The notes under the pieces: generated by a model
Told to the model about the DNA's origin: nothing
Databases searched by the model: none
What the model saw: only the letters and a program-made list of their open reading frames with translations
Origin: Casimicrobiaceae bacterium
Lineage (GTDB): Bacteria > Pseudomonadota > Gammaproteobacteria > Burkholderiales > Casimicrobiaceae
Reading direction: 5' to 3'
NCBI GenBank assembly: GCA_036269335.1
Contig: DATASF010000106.1
Location: 9,708-73,707 of the forward strand
DNA length: 64,000 nt
Program-made: the position numbers and the translations under genes
Part shown: one piece after another, positions 43,661 through 57,118 of the stretch
Layout: every line of letters starts with the position of its first letter
How positions within the stretch are numbered: position 1 is the first letter of the stretch

Positions 43661-44791
43661 ATGGCGCAGCCAGGCAAGTCGCCTGCGCGTCGCGTGAACT
43701 TGCTGATCGCGACGCGAAAAGGTCTTTGGCAATTGCATGGCGACGCGACACGCCGGACATGGCGTTTGGCAGGCCCTCAATTCCTGGGCCACATCGTCCA
43801 CCATTGCGTCGCCGATCCCCGCGACACCAAGACGATGCTCGCCGCGGCGCGCACCGGACACCTCGGTCCGACGATTTTTCGATCGAGCGATCGGGGCCGC
43901 AGCTGGCACGAGGCCAAGCAGCCGCCGGCGTTCAGCGAAGGCAGCGCGCGCACCGTCGACCACACGTTCTGGCTGACGCCCGGACATGCCAGCGAGCCGG
44001 GCGTCTGGTACGGCGGCACGTCGCCGCAAGGGCTGTTCCGTTCCGAGGATGGCGGCGCGACCTGGCGCGGCGTTGCCGGCTTCAACGAGCATCCACAGCG
44101 CAAGGCCTGGTGCGGTGGCGACCAGGACGGCACGCCGGACGGACCGAAGCTTCATTCGATACTGATCGATCCGCGCGATGCGCGACACATGTACATCGCC
44201 ATGTCGAGCGGAGGCGTATTCGAATCCACGGACGCTGGCGCCGACTGGCGCCCGCTGAATAGCGGCGTCAAGGCCGACTTTCTGCCGCAGCCGGATCCCG
44301 AATACGGGCACGATCCGCATTGCGTACGCCTGCACCCGCTGCTGCCGGACCGCCTCTATCAGCAGAATCATTGCGGCATCTACCGCCTCGATCGACCCGC
44401 CGAGCGCTGGGAAGACATCGGCGCGGCGATGCCCAAGAGCGTCGGCCCGATCGGCTTGCCGATGGTCGTGCATCCGCGCGAGCCCGATACGATCTGGGTC
44501 TTCCCGATGGATGGCACCAGCGTATGGCCGCGCGTCTCCCCGGGGGGCAAGCCCGCGGTGTATCGATCGGTCAACGGCGGGAAGACCTGGCAGCGGCAGG
44601 CGATCGGACTCCCCAAACTGCATGGATGGCTGACGGTCAAGCGCCAGGCGATGACCGCTGATGCGGGGGCACCGGTCGGCGTCTACTTCGGCACGACCAG
44701 CGGCGAGGTGTGGGGCAGTCGCGACGAAGGACGCACATGGAAATGCCTGGCAGCGCACTTGCCTGAAATCTATTCGGTCGAGACGATGTAG
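43661..44791 (+). CDS. BNR/Asp-box repeat beta-propeller protein (sialidase-like fold, function unknown)
   Basis: GGAGGA lies before ATG 43661. Five Asp-box-like motifs of the S-x-D-x-G-x-x-W type: SSDRGRSW, SEDGGATW, STDAGADW, SVNGGKTW and SRDEGRTW. 376 aa, with no signal peptide seen. Confidence 0.75.
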   Translation: MAQPGKSPARRVNLLIATRKGLWQLHGDATRRTWRLAGPQFLGHIVHHCVADPRDTKTMLAAARTGHLGPTIFRSSDRGRSWHEAKQPPAFSEGSARTVDHTFWLTPGHASEPGVWYGGTSPQGLFRSEDGGATWRGVAGFNEHPQRKAWCGGDQDGTPDGPKLHSILIDPRDARHMYIAMSSGGVFESTDAGADWRPLNSGVKADFLPQPDPEYGHDPHCVRLHPLLPDRLYQQNHCGIYRLDRPAERWEDIGAAMPKSVGPIGLPMVVHPREPDTIWVFPMDGTSVWPRVSPGGKPAVYRSVNGGKTWQRQAIGLPKLHGWLTVKRQAMTADAGAPVGVYFGTTSGEVWGSRDEGRTWKCLAAHLPEIYSVETM

Positions 44792-44829
44792 CACGCCGGC
44801 CGAGCCACGACGCCATTCGCCCGACGACG

Positions 44830-45090
44830 ATGCAAGTACTGGTACCCGGACCGTTGCGCTCGTACACCAACGAAGCGGCGAAGGTCACCGCCGAGGGCGC
44901 TACGCTCGCCGAGGTCGTCGGCGACCTGGAACTGCGCTATCCGGGCATTCGCTTTCGGATCATCGACGAGCAAGGGAGCATCCGCCAGCACATCAAGTTC
45001 TTCGTCAACGGCGTGCAGGCGCGAGACCTGTCGCCGCGCCTCGCTCGCAACGACGAGGTGATGATCGTCTGTGCGCTAACGGGCGGCTGA
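44830..45090 (+). CDS. MoaD/ThiS-family ubiquitin-like small protein ending in Gly-Gly
   Basis: 86 aa, ending ...DEVMIVCALTGG* immediately before the stop codon. The length and pattern (FFVNG, trailing GG) are typical of beta-grasp sulfur-carrier-like proteins. Confidence 0.75.
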   Translation: MQVLVPGPLRSYTNEAAKVTAEGATLAEVVGDLELRYPGIRFRIIDEQGSIRQHIKFFVNGVQARDLSPRLARNDEVMIVCALTGG

Positions 45091-45126
45091 AGCGCCGCCG
45101 TACCGCATCTCGCGCGTCGGCATTCG

Positions 45127-45156
45127 TTGACGCAATACCGCGCAAAACCCTATAAT
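45127..45156 (+). promoter_or_regulatory. Putative sigma70 promoter of the atp operon
   Basis: TTGACG (45127-45132), 18-nt spacer, perfect TATAAT (45151-45156), about 20 nt upstream of atpI. Confidence 0.55.
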
Positions 45157-45176
45157 CCAAAGGTTTGCTTCGCTCC

Positions 45177-45560
45177 ATGGTCCCGCCGGATTCGGCACGC
45201 TCCCCATCGGGTTTTCCTGTCGGCCGCATCGCGGGCTGGCAGTTCTTGGCGACGGCGGCGATCTCCGCGATCGCCGGATGGTGGGTGGGACTGCACGGGG
45301 CATTGTCGGCACTGCTGGGCGGGCTGGTAAACGTCACCGCAGGCGTCGTCTACGCGGTGGTCGTCGGGCTGGGCAGGGGACCGACGGCAGGGGATACGGT
45401 GCGGACGATGATCCGCGCCGAAGCAGCCAAGATTACGTTGATCGTGCTCCAGCTCTGGCTGGTGCTGACGACCTACCGGGACGTCGTTGCCGCGGCTCTG
45501 ATCGCCGCGTTCGTCGCGACGGTGCTGGTGTCGACAACAGCGATCGTTATGCGCGACTGA
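45177..45560 (+). CDS. atpI: ATP synthase protein I
   Basis: Small hydrophobic protein directly upstream of atpB. I prefer ATG 45177 over the track start TTG 45165. 127 aa. Confidence 0.75.
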   Translation: MVPPDSARSPSGFPVGRIAGWQFLATAAISAIAGWWVGLHGALSALLGGLVNVTAGVVYAVVVGLGRGPTAGDTVRTMIRAEAAKITLIVLQLWLVLTTYRDVVAAALIAAFVATVLVSTTAIVMRD

Positions 45561-45573
45561 TGGAACCGCAGGG

Positions 45574-46458
45574 ATGGCGATGGCCGCAGAAACCGAACAC
45601 GCCGGCGAACAGCTTGCCGGCCAGCACGACGCTGCGTCGTATATCCAGCATCACCTGACCTTCTTCACGAAACCGGTCGGCGACTCCGCCGGCGGGTTCT
45701 GGGCGATCAACTACGACACGCTGATTACTTCGCTGATACTGGGCATCCTCGTGCTCGGTTCCATCTGGCTGGTAACCCGCAAGGCAACTCCCGGCGTGCC
45801 CTCGAAGACGCAGGCCTTTGTCGAGCTGACCGTCGGCTTCGTCAACGACCAGGTCAGAAGCATGTTCCACCACGATTACAGGATCGTCGCGCCGATCGCG
45901 CTGACGGTCGGGCTGTGGGTGCTGTTCATGAACGCGATGGACTTCCTTCCGGTCGACATCATGGCGTGGATCTACGAGCACGTCTTCGGCCAGCACACCT
46001 GGCGCGGCGTGCCGACCGCCGACGTCAACACGACGTTCGCGCTGTCGCTGTCGGTGTTCGGCCTGATGATCTTCTACAGCATCAAGAGCAAGGGTCTCGG
46101 CGGCTGGCTGCACGAGCTCGTCGCGTCGCCGTTCGGTCTGAAGCCGATATGGCTCTTCCCGCTGCTGGTCCTTTTCAACCTGCTGTTCAACCTGATCGAA
46201 TACGTGTCCAAACCGCTGTCGCACTCGCTGCGGCTGTTCGGGAACATGTACGCGGGCGAAATCATCTTCCTGCTCCTGGGCCTGCTGGCGGCAAGCGCGG
46301 CGAGCTACGGCTGGTTCGGCACGGGCGTCACCTTTTTCTTTTCCGCGCTCTTCAACCTGGCCTGGTCGATTTTCCACATCCTGATCGTCGGTCTGCAGGC
46401 CTACATTTTCATGATGCTGACGGTCGCCTACCTGGCGATCGCGCACGAACGTCACTAG
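45574..46458 (+). CDS. atpB: F0F1 ATP synthase subunit a
   Basis: [18 protein letters not shown] contains the essential Arg context. Multi-TM, 294 aa. Confidence 0.95.
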   Translation: MAMAAETEHAGEQLAGQHDAASYIQHHLTFFTKPVGDSAGGFWAINYDTLITSLILGILVLGSIWLVTRKATPGVPSKTQAFVELTVGFVNDQVRSMFHHDYRIVAPIALTVGLWVLFMNAMDFLPVDIMAWIYEHVFGQHTWRGVPTADVNTTFALSLSVFGLMIFYSIKSKGLGGWLHELVASPFGLKPIWLFPLLVLFNLLFNLIEYVSKPLSHSLRLFGNMYAGEIIFLLLGLLAASAASYGWFGTGVTFFFSALFNLAWSIFHILIVGLQAYIFMMLTVAYLAIAHERH

Positions 46459-46785
<327 letters not shown>

Positions 46786-46816
46786 GCGGCGCCGCAGCCG
46801 CTTCAAGAGAGACATC

Positions 46817-47287
46817 ATGAACATCAATCTGACGCTGTTGATGCAGGCGGTCGCGTTTGGCGTCTTCATCTGGTTTTGCGCGAAGTTCATCTGGCCTCCG
46901 CTGATGCGTGCGATCGAGACGCGCCAGACGCAGATCGCCGACGGGCTCGCCGCGGGCGAGGAGGGCCGGCATGCGCTGGCCAACGCCGAAAAAAAGATTG
47001 CCGAAATGATGACCGAGGCCAAGGCCCGGGCGCAGGAGATTGTCGCCCAGGGAGAGAAGCTTAAGACCGAGACGATCGAGCAGTCGAAATCGCTGGCCAA
47101 GACCGAAGGCGACCGGCTGCTGGCCGCGGCCAAGGCCGACATCGAGCAGGAGGTCTATCGCGCCCGCGAAGCGTTGCGCGGCCAGGTGGCGCAGCTTGCC
47201 GTCGCCGGCGCCGAGCAGATACTCAAGCGCGAAGTCGACGCCAGCGCGCATGCCGATCTGCTGGCGGCGATCGAAAAGCAGCTGTAG
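46817..47287 (+). CDS. atpF: F0F1 ATP synthase subunit b
   Basis: 156 aa with a single N-terminal TM followed by a long charged helix. Its position in the operon fits. Confidence 0.93.
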   Translation: MNINLTLLMQAVAFGVFIWFCAKFIWPPLMRAIETRQTQIADGLAAGEEGRHALANAEKKIAEMMTEAKARAQEIVAQGEKLKTETIEQSKSLAKTEGDRLLAAAKADIEQEVYRAREALRGQVAQLAVAGAEQILKREVDASAHADLLAAIEKQL

Positions 47288-47299
47288 GCGGAATCGTCC

Positions 47300-47836
47300 A
47301 TGGCCGAACCGATCACCGTTGCGCGACCCTACGCGGAGGCGGCGTACGCGCTGGCGCGCGAGGGCAACGCTTTGCCGGTGTGGGCCGAGATGCTGCGGAT
47401 GGCGACGGCCGTCGGCTCCGATCCCCATGTGCGCGCCGCGCTCGACAATCCGAAACTGGACGCGGCCGAGAAAGAGGCGCTGTTCCTGTCGATCTGCGGC
47501 GACAAGCTCGACCCGGGCGGTCGGAACTTCATCCGCGTATTGATCGAAGCGGATCGTATCGGCCTGCTGCCGGAAATCCGGGCGCTGTTCGATGCGCTGA
47601 AGGACGAGGCCGACGGCGTGGCGCGGGCGCAGATCATCAGCGCATTCCCGATCGACGACGCCCAGCTGGCGGCGCTGCGCAAGGGACTGGAGCGCCGCTT
47701 CGGCAAGAAGATCGAGGCGACGGTCAGCGTCGACCGTGCGCTGATCGGCGGGGCGAAGATCATCGTCGGCGACACCGTGATCGACGCTTCGGTGCAAAGC
47801 GAATTGCAGACAATGGCGAACGCGTTGCGGGTCTAA
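47300..47836 (+). CDS. atpH: F0F1 ATP synthase subunit delta
   Basis: 178 aa, [12 protein letters not shown] at the N-terminus. Its position in the operon fits. Confidence 0.93.
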   Translation: MAEPITVARPYAEAAYALAREGNALPVWAEMLRMATAVGSDPHVRAALDNPKLDAAEKEALFLSICGDKLDPGGRNFIRVLIEADRIGLLPEIRALFDALKDEADGVARAQIISAFPIDDAQLAALRKGLERRFGKKIEATVSVDRALIGGAKIIVGDTVIDASVQSELQTMANALRV

Positions 47837-47897
47837 TTTCGAAACTGACGCGACGCCGCCCGCGATGCGGAATGCGGCCGAGCGCGAGGAAAAAAAC

Positions 47898-49439
<1,542 letters not shown>

Positions 49440-49450
49440 GAACCGAGGCG

Positions 49451-50302
49451 ATGGCCGGCTCGAAAGAAATCCGCAACAAGATCAAGAGCGTGCAGAACAC
49501 GCGCAAGATCACCAAGGCGATGGAGATGGTTGCGGCCTCCAAGATGAAAAAAGCGCAGGAGCGCATGCGCGCGTCGCGGCCCTATGTCGCGCGCATGCTC
49601 GCGATCGCGCGCCATCTGGCCCATGCCAATCCCGAGTACCGCCATGCGTTTCTGATCAAGCGTCCGGAGGTCCGCAACGTTGGTCTGATCGTCGTGACGT
49701 CCGACAAGGGCCTGTGCGGCGGTCTCAACACCAATGCGCTGCGCCTGGCGCTGACGAGCATCAAGGCGTGGCAGGCGAAGGGCATCGGCGTGAAGGTCAC
49801 CGCGATAGGCAACAAGGGCCTGGGCTTCATGCACCGGATCAAGGCCGACGTCGTGTCTCAGGTCGTCAACGTCGGCGACCGTCCGCAGCTCGAGAAGCTG
49901 ATCGGCCCGGTCAAGGTCCAGCTCGACGCGTATATCGACGGCAAGATCGACGAGCTGCACCTCGTCGCGACGCGCTTCGACAATACGATGAAGCAGACGC
50001 CGGTGACCAGCCTGGTCTTGCCGACCGCGGATCTGGGCGACGATACGGAGAAGCGCGCATTTCCCTGGGATTACATCTACGAGCCGGACGCAAAGACCGT
50101 GCTCGACGGGCTGCTGACGCGTTACATCGAGTCGGTGATCTACCAGGCGGTGAACGAGAACATCGCCTCCGAGCAGAGCGCTCGCATGGTCGCGATGAAG
50201 GCCGCGTCGGACAACGCGCTGACCATCATCGACGAGCTGCAGCTCATCTACAACAAGACCCGACAGGCGGCGATCACCAAGGAACTGTCGGAGATCGTCG
50301 CG

Positions 50303-50320
<18 letters not shown>
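49451..50320 (+). CDS. atpG: F0F1 ATP synthase subunit gamma
   Basis: [36 protein letters not shown], 289 aa. Confidence 0.96.
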
Positions 50321-51813
<1,493 letters not shown>

Positions 51814-51823
51814 CAGGACGGCC

Positions 51824-52249
51824 ATGGCCAATACGATCCACGTCGATGTCGTCAGCGCCGAAGAATCGATCTATTCGGGCGACGCGGAGTTCGTCGTGCT
51901 CCCCGGCGTGATGGGCGAGCTCGGTGTCTATCCGAAGCACACGCCGCTGATCACGCAGATCAAGCCGGGCGAGGTGCGGATCAAGGTGCCGGGGCAGGCG
52001 GAAGAGCAGATCGTTTTTGTCCAGGGCGGCTATCTCGAGATCCAGCCCGATGTCGTGACCGTGTTGTCGGACACGGCGATCCGCGCCAAGGATCTCGACG
52101 AGGCCAAGGCGCTGCGAGCCAAGCAGGCGGCCGAAGAGGCGATGCAGAACAAGGCGTCGAAGGAAGACGTCGCGCGCGCCGAAGCCGAGCTCGCGGGCGC
52201 GATGGCGCAGCTCGCGGCGATACGCAAGCTGCGCAAGGGCCGTGGCTAG
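51824..52249 (+). CDS. atpC: F0F1 ATP synthase subunit epsilon
   Basis: 141 aa. [19 protein letters not shown] is typical. Last gene of the operon. Confidence 0.95.
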   Translation: MANTIHVDVVSAEESIYSGDAEFVVLPGVMGELGVYPKHTPLITQIKPGEVRIKVPGQAEEQIVFVQGGYLEIQPDVVTVLSDTAIRAKDLDEAKALRAKQAAEEAMQNKASKEDVARAEAELAGAMAQLAAIRKLRKGRG

Positions 52250-52295
52250 CGCACGCACCGCAGGCTAATCACGCAAGGCCCTCGAGCTTGGCGCA

Positions 52296-53486
52296 ATGGC
52301 GACGACCGGCGCGATCCTAGTGCTGAACGCGGGGTCGTCGAGCCTGAAATTTACCTTGTATGCCAGCAACGCCGCGGGTCCCCGGCGGCTGCTGCGCGGC
52401 CAGATCGAGGGTCTTACCACGACGCCGGCATTCGCTGCGCGCGACGCGCAGGACCGGCTGGTGCAGCAGCGCGACTGGCCCGACCGCGACGCGCTCGGCT
52501 ACGCCGGCGCGGTCACCCATGTGCTCGACTTTGTCCAGCAGGAGCAAGGGCAGCGCACGCTCGCCGCCGTCGGCCACCGCGTCGTGCACGGCGGCGAGGA
52601 GTTCGGAGCTCCGGTGCGGATCGACGCCGCGATCCTGGCAAAGCTCCAGCGACTGGTGCCGCTCGCGCCGCTGCACCAGCCGCACAATCTGGCGCCGATG
52701 CGCGTCATCGCCGAGCGCGCACCGGCGCTGCCGCAAATCGCCTGCTTCGACACTTCGTTTCACCGCGCGCAGGAGCCGGTCGCGTGTGCATTCGGCTTGC
52801 CGCCCGAAGTCACCGGGCGCGGCGTTCGCCGCTACGGTTTTCACGGCCTGTCGTACGAATATATCGCCGACGTGTTCCGGCGCTTCGATCCCGCGGCGGC
52901 GCGCGGGCGGGTCGTCGTGGCGCATCTAGGCAACGGCGCCAGCATGTGCGCGATCAAGGCCGGTAAGAGCGTCGCCACCACGATGGGATTCACCACGCTC
53001 GACGGCCTGCTGATGGGGACCCGAGCCGGTTCGCTCGATCCCGGCGTCGTGCTGTACCTTCTGAACGAGCTCGAGATGGATGCGCGCGCGATCGAGCGGC
53101 TCCTTTACCACGAGTCGGGATTGCTCGGCGTGTCCGGCGTCTCGAGCGACATGCGCACGCTGCTCTCGCGCGACGACCCCGAATCGGCGTTCGCGATCGC
53201 GCTGTTCTGCTACCGGGTCAGGCGCGAGCTGGGCTCGCTTGCCGCAGCGCTCGGCGGGCTCGACGCAATCGTGTTCACCGGCGGCATCGGCGAGCACGCG
53301 GCGCCGATCCGGGAGCGGATCTGTCTGGACGCGCAGTGGCTCGGCGTCACGCTCGACGAGCAGTCGAACGCGGCCGGCGGGCCCAGGATCAGCGGCGAAG
53401 GCAGCCGCGTTTCGGCGTGGGTGATTCCGACGGACGAGGAGTCGATGATCGCGCGGCACACGCTCGCCGCGCTCGAAGCCGGTTAG
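52296..53486 (+). CDS. ackA: Acetate/propionate family kinase
   Basis: ILVLNAGSSSLKF, GHRVVHGG, FDTSFH, YGFHGLS, FTGGIGE. 396 aa. Confidence 0.9.
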   Translation: MATTGAILVLNAGSSSLKFTLYASNAAGPRRLLRGQIEGLTTTPAFAARDAQDRLVQQRDWPDRDALGYAGAVTHVLDFVQQEQGQRTLAAVGHRVVHGGEEFGAPVRIDAAILAKLQRLVPLAPLHQPHNLAPMRVIAERAPALPQIACFDTSFHRAQEPVACAFGLPPEVTGRGVRRYGFHGLSYEYIADVFRRFDPAAARGRVVVAHLGNGASMCAIKAGKSVATTMGFTTLDGLLMGTRAGSLDPGVVLYLLNELEMDARAIERLLYHESGLLGVSGVSSDMRTLLSRDDPESAFAIALFCYRVRRELGSLAAALGGLDAIVFTGGIGEHAAPIRERICLDAQWLGVTLDEQSNAAGGPRISGEGSRVSAWVIPTDEESMIARHTLAALEAG

Positions 53487-53497
53487 TCCGTTGCCGT

Positions 53498-54685
53498 CTA
53501 CGCCGCCTTTCGCGCGGCGGCAGCGGCCAGCTGCTGCTCGACCAGGGTCACCCAGTAGCTCGCGCCGATCTCCAGCGCCTGGTCGTTGAAATCGTATTGC
53601 GGGCTATGGATATTGTGCGTGTCGGGCCCGCTGCCCGCGCCCAGCCAGACATAGCAGCCGGGCTTCGCCTGCAGCATGAACGCGAAATCCTCGCTGCCCA
53701 TTTCCGGCGTCGGATCGGTCTCGACATGCTCGGCGCCGACGACCGCCGTCGCCGCCGCCAGCGCGTGCCGCGTCTCGTTCTCGGCGTTGACCGTCGCCGG
53801 GTAGCGCCGCTCGTAGCGCACGGTCGCGCTCATCTCGAAGGTTGCCGCCACGCCGGCGACGATCGTGCGCATCCGCTGCTCGATCAGGTCCTGCACGGCC
53901 GGATCGAACGTGCGGACGGTGCCGCGCAGCACCACTTCCTGCGGAATCACATTCCAGGTGTCGCCGCCGTGCACCTGCGTCACGCTGACGACGCCCGCGG
54001 CGAGCGGATGGATGTTCCTCGAGACGATCGTCTGCAGCGCGTTGATCGCCTGGGCGGCAAACAGCATCGGGTCCTTGCCCATGTACGCCATGGCGGCGTG
54101 CGCGCCCTTGCCGGTCGCGACGATCTCGAAGATGTCGTATGCGCCCATCAGCGGGCCGGGCCGCATCGCAAACGAGCCGAGAGGCTTGCGCGGCCAGTTG
54201 TGCATGCCGTACACGGCGCGCATCGGAAACCGGTCGAACAGTCCCTCCTCGACCATCACCCGGCCTCCGCCTTCGTTTTCCTCGGCCGGCTGGAAGATGA
54301 AGTAGACGGTGCCGTCGAAGCGCCGTCTCCGGGCCAGCGCCTTGGCGGCCCCGAGCAGCATCGCCGTGTGGCCGTCGTGGCCGCAGGCGTGCATCCTGCC
54401 TTCATGGCGTGACGCGTAGGCGACGCCCGAGCGTTCGGCGATGTGCAGCGCGTCCATGTCGGCCCGCAGCCCGATCGCATCATTGCCGCCGCCGCAGCGG
54501 AGGACGCCGACGACGCCGGTCTTGGCGAGGCCGGTATGCACGTCCAGCCCGATCGCTTCGAGCTTGCCTGCGACGAAGGCGCTCGTCGCCGTTTCCTCGA
54601 ACGCGGTTTCCGGATGCGCGTGGATGTGGTGCCTCCAATCGCGCATCTCGGCGTTGAGCGAAGCAACTTCAGGCACGATGTTCAT
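53498..54685 (-). CDS. M20 family amidohydrolase (aminoacylase / hippurate hydrolase-like)
   Basis: WRHHIHAHPE...LRADMDAL...HACGHDGHTAMLLG...FQPAEE. 395 aa. Confidence 0.9.
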   Translation of the reverse strand: MNIVPEVASLNAEMRDWRHHIHAHPETAFEETATSAFVAGKLEAIGLDVHTGLAKTGVVGVLRCGGGNDAIGLRADMDALHIAERSGVAYASRHEGRMHACGHDGHTAMLLGAAKALARRRRFDGTVYFIFQPAEENEGGGRVMVEEGLFDRFPMRAVYGMHNWPRKPLGSFAMRPGPLMGAYDIFEIVATGKGAHAAMAYMGKDPMLFAAQAINALQTIVSRNIHPLAAGVVSVTQVHGGDTWNVIPQEVVLRGTVRTFDPAVQDLIEQRMRTIVAGVAATFEMSATVRYERRYPATVNAENETRHALAAATAVVGAEHVETDPTPEMGSEDFAFMLQAKPGCYVWLGAGSGPDTHNIHSPQYDFNDQALEIGASYWVTLVEQQLAAAAARKAA

Positions 54686-54779
54686 CGGTTTCCCGGCGGC
54701 GGTCTCAAGGACGCACGATCTTAGCGCAATCGGTGCCGGCCGTCCGCTGCGCTAGAATGACGAGCGCCGCGAAGCCCGA

Positions 54780-56291
54780 ATGAACACCACCCCATCCGCG
54801 ACCTACGATCTTGCCGTCATCGGCGGGGGCATCAACGGCGCCGGCATAGCGCGCGATGCCGCAGGCCGAGGCCTGTCGGTGTTGCTGGCCGAGAAGGACG
54901 ACCTCGCAGCGCATACCTCGTCGTGGAGCACCAAGCTGGTCCACGGCGGCTTGCGCTATCTCGAGCACTACGAGTTTCGCCTGGTCGCTGAATCGCTTTC
55001 GGAGCGCGAGGTGCTGCTGCGGATCGCGCCACACATCATCGAGCCGCTGCAATTCGTGCTGCCGCACGAGCCGCATCTGCGGCCGGCATGGATGATCCGC
55101 GCCGGCCTGTTACTGTACGATCACATCGGCGGCCGTAAGACGCTGCCGTCATCGTTCGGTGTCGATCTGCGCGCCAGCAAATGGGGCGCAGGTCTCAAAG
55201 ACAAGTTCCGCAAGGGCTTCGTCTACTCGGACGCGCGCGTCGACGACGCGAGACTGGTCGTCCTGAATGCGATCGCGGCGCGCGAGCTGGGCGCCGATGT
55301 CCGCGTGCGGACGCGTCTCGCCGCGGCCCGTCGCGAGGACGGCCTGTGGCGCGCGACACTGGTCGACGGCGCAGGACGGCGCGAGGATGTGCTCGCGCGG
55401 GCGATGGTCAACGCCGCCGGGCCCTGGGTCAAGGACCTGCTCGATCAAATAATCCCGGGCTCGATTCGTGCCGACGTCAGACACGTCAAGGGCAGCCACA
55501 TCGTGGTCCCACGCGTGCATCCCGAGCCGCACGCCTACATCCTGCAGAATTCCGACAAGCGCATCGTCTTCATCATCCCGTTCCAGCAGGAGTTCTCGCT
55601 TATCGGGACGACCGACGTTCCCGTCGTCGAGTACGACGCACCGCATATTTCGGCCGACGAGATCGACTACCTGTGCTCGATCGCCAACGCCTATCTGGCG
55701 CGTGGAATCGCCGCTTCGGACATCGTCTGGACCTACAGCGGCGTGCGGCCGCTCTACGACGACGGCTCGGACGATCCGTCGGCGATCACGCGGGATTACG
55801 TGCTCAAGCTCGACGCCCCGGACGGACGCGCGCCGCTGTTGTCGGTCTTCGGCGGCAAGATCACGACCTACCGCAAGCTGGCCGAGCACGCGCTCGGCCA
55901 CCTGCGCACCTTTTTCCCGCAAATGCAGGCCGCGTGGACCGATCGTCAGCCGCTGCCCGGCGGCGATCTGCCGAGCGGCGGGCTCGCGGCGTACGAGCGC
56001 GCGCTCGCCGCGCGCTATGCGGGCCTGCCTTCGAGCCTGCTTGCGGCGCTCGCTCGCCGCCATGGCACGCGCGCGGTGCACATCCTCGGCGATGCTCGCG
56101 GCCCGGCCGATCTGGGCGCGCACTTGGGGCACACGCTCTACGCCGCCGAAGTCGATTATCTGGTTGCGCAGGAATGGGCGATCGAAGCCGACGACGTGCT
56201 CTGGCGCCGAACCAAATGCGGACTTCATTTGCGCGCCGAGGAGCGCGCCGCCGTCGCCGCGTATCTCCATAAACGCGGCGGGCGGGTTTGA
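54780..56291 (+). CDS. glpD: Glycerol-3-phosphate dehydrogenase (FAD-dependent)
   Basis: YDLAVIGGGINGAGIARDAAGRGLSVLLAEKDDLAAHTSSWSTKLVHGGLRYLE. 503 aa. Confidence 0.93.
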   Translation: MNTTPSATYDLAVIGGGINGAGIARDAAGRGLSVLLAEKDDLAAHTSSWSTKLVHGGLRYLEHYEFRLVAESLSEREVLLRIAPHIIEPLQFVLPHEPHLRPAWMIRAGLLLYDHIGGRKTLPSSFGVDLRASKWGAGLKDKFRKGFVYSDARVDDARLVVLNAIAARELGADVRVRTRLAAARREDGLWRATLVDGAGRREDVLARAMVNAAGPWVKDLLDQIIPGSIRADVRHVKGSHIVVPRVHPEPHAYILQNSDKRIVFIIPFQQEFSLIGTTDVPVVEYDAPHISADEIDYLCSIANAYLARGIAASDIVWTYSGVRPLYDDGSDDPSAITRDYVLKLDAPDGRAPLLSVFGGKITTYRKLAEHALGHLRTFFPQMQAAWTDRQPLPGGDLPSGGLAAYERALAARYAGLPSSLLAALARRHGTRAVHILGDARGPADLGAHLGHTLYAAEVDYLVAQEWAIEADDVLWRRTKCGLHLRAEERAAVAAYLHKRGGRV

Positions 56292-57094
56292 GCGCGGCGA
56301 TGCGGCCGCTGGCCGCGATGCCGGTCGCGCCGCGCGCCGCCATGCGCGGCGTGCTGGCCGACATCGACGATACGTTGTCGACCGCCGGCAAGATCACCGC
56401 CGAAGCCTACGCGGCGATGGAAAAGCTGCATGCGGCGGGACTGCTGCTGATACCGATCACCGGACGTCCGGCGGGCTGGTGCGATCACATCGCGCGCATG
56501 TGGCCGGTCGACGCGGTCGTCGGCGAGAACGGCGCGCTGTACATGTTTTACGATCGGGGCGCACGCAGGCTGCGCAGACGCTACGTCGCGACCGAGGCCG
56601 AGCGCGCGGCCAATCGGCGGCGACTGGCCGAAGTCGCCGAGACCATCCTGCGCGAGGTGCCCGGCGCCGCCCTCGCGTCCGACCAGCCGTACCGCGAAAG
56701 CGATCTCGCGATCGACTTCTGCGAGGACGTGCCGCGCCTGTCGGACGAGGCCATCGACCGGATCATGGCGCTGATGCGCGCGGCGGGCATGACCGCCAAG
56801 ATGAGCTCGATCCACGTCAACGGCTGGTTCGGCGCCTACGACAAGCTCGCGATGACCCGAACCTTGCTCAGCGACGAGTTCGGCATCGACGTCGACGCCG
56901 AGCGCGACCGGTTCGTTTTTGTCGGCGATTCGCCGAACGACGCGCCGATGTTCGAGCACTTCCCCTACGCGGTCGGCGTGTCCAATGTGCGCGCGTTCGC
57001 CGGTCGCATCGCCACGCCCCCGGCCTACGTCACCGAAGGCGAATCCGGCGCCGGATTCGCCGAGCTGGCAGCGCATCTGCTCGCGGCGCGCTGA
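56288..57094 (+). CDS. HAD-IIB family hydrolase
   Basis: Motif I LADIDDTL, later GDSPNDAPMF. The track start TTG 56288 overlaps the glpD stop. In-frame ATGs at 56300, 56318 and 56342 are alternatives, and 56342 gives MRGVLADIDDTL. Confidence 0.8.
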   Translation: MSAAMRPLAAMPVAPRAAMRGVLADIDDTLSTAGKITAEAYAAMEKLHAAGLLLIPITGRPAGWCDHIARMWPVDAVVGENGALYMFYDRGARRLRRRYVATEAERAANRRRLAEVAETILREVPGAALASDQPYRESDLAIDFCEDVPRLSDEAIDRIMALMRAAGMTAKMSSIHVNGWFGAYDKLAMTRTLLSDEFGIDVDAERDRFVFVGDSPNDAPMFEHFPYAVGVSNVRAFAGRIATPPAYVTEGESGAGFAELAAHLLAAR

Positions 57095-57118
57095 AGGGCA
57101 AGCTGCGCGGGGCCCGGC

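Noticed and set aside
44219-44227. TTCGAATCC, a T-loop-like tRNA signature
   Set aside because: It lies inside the Asp-box propeller CDS. No acceptor or anticodon stems can be drawn around it. I found no tRNA in the window.
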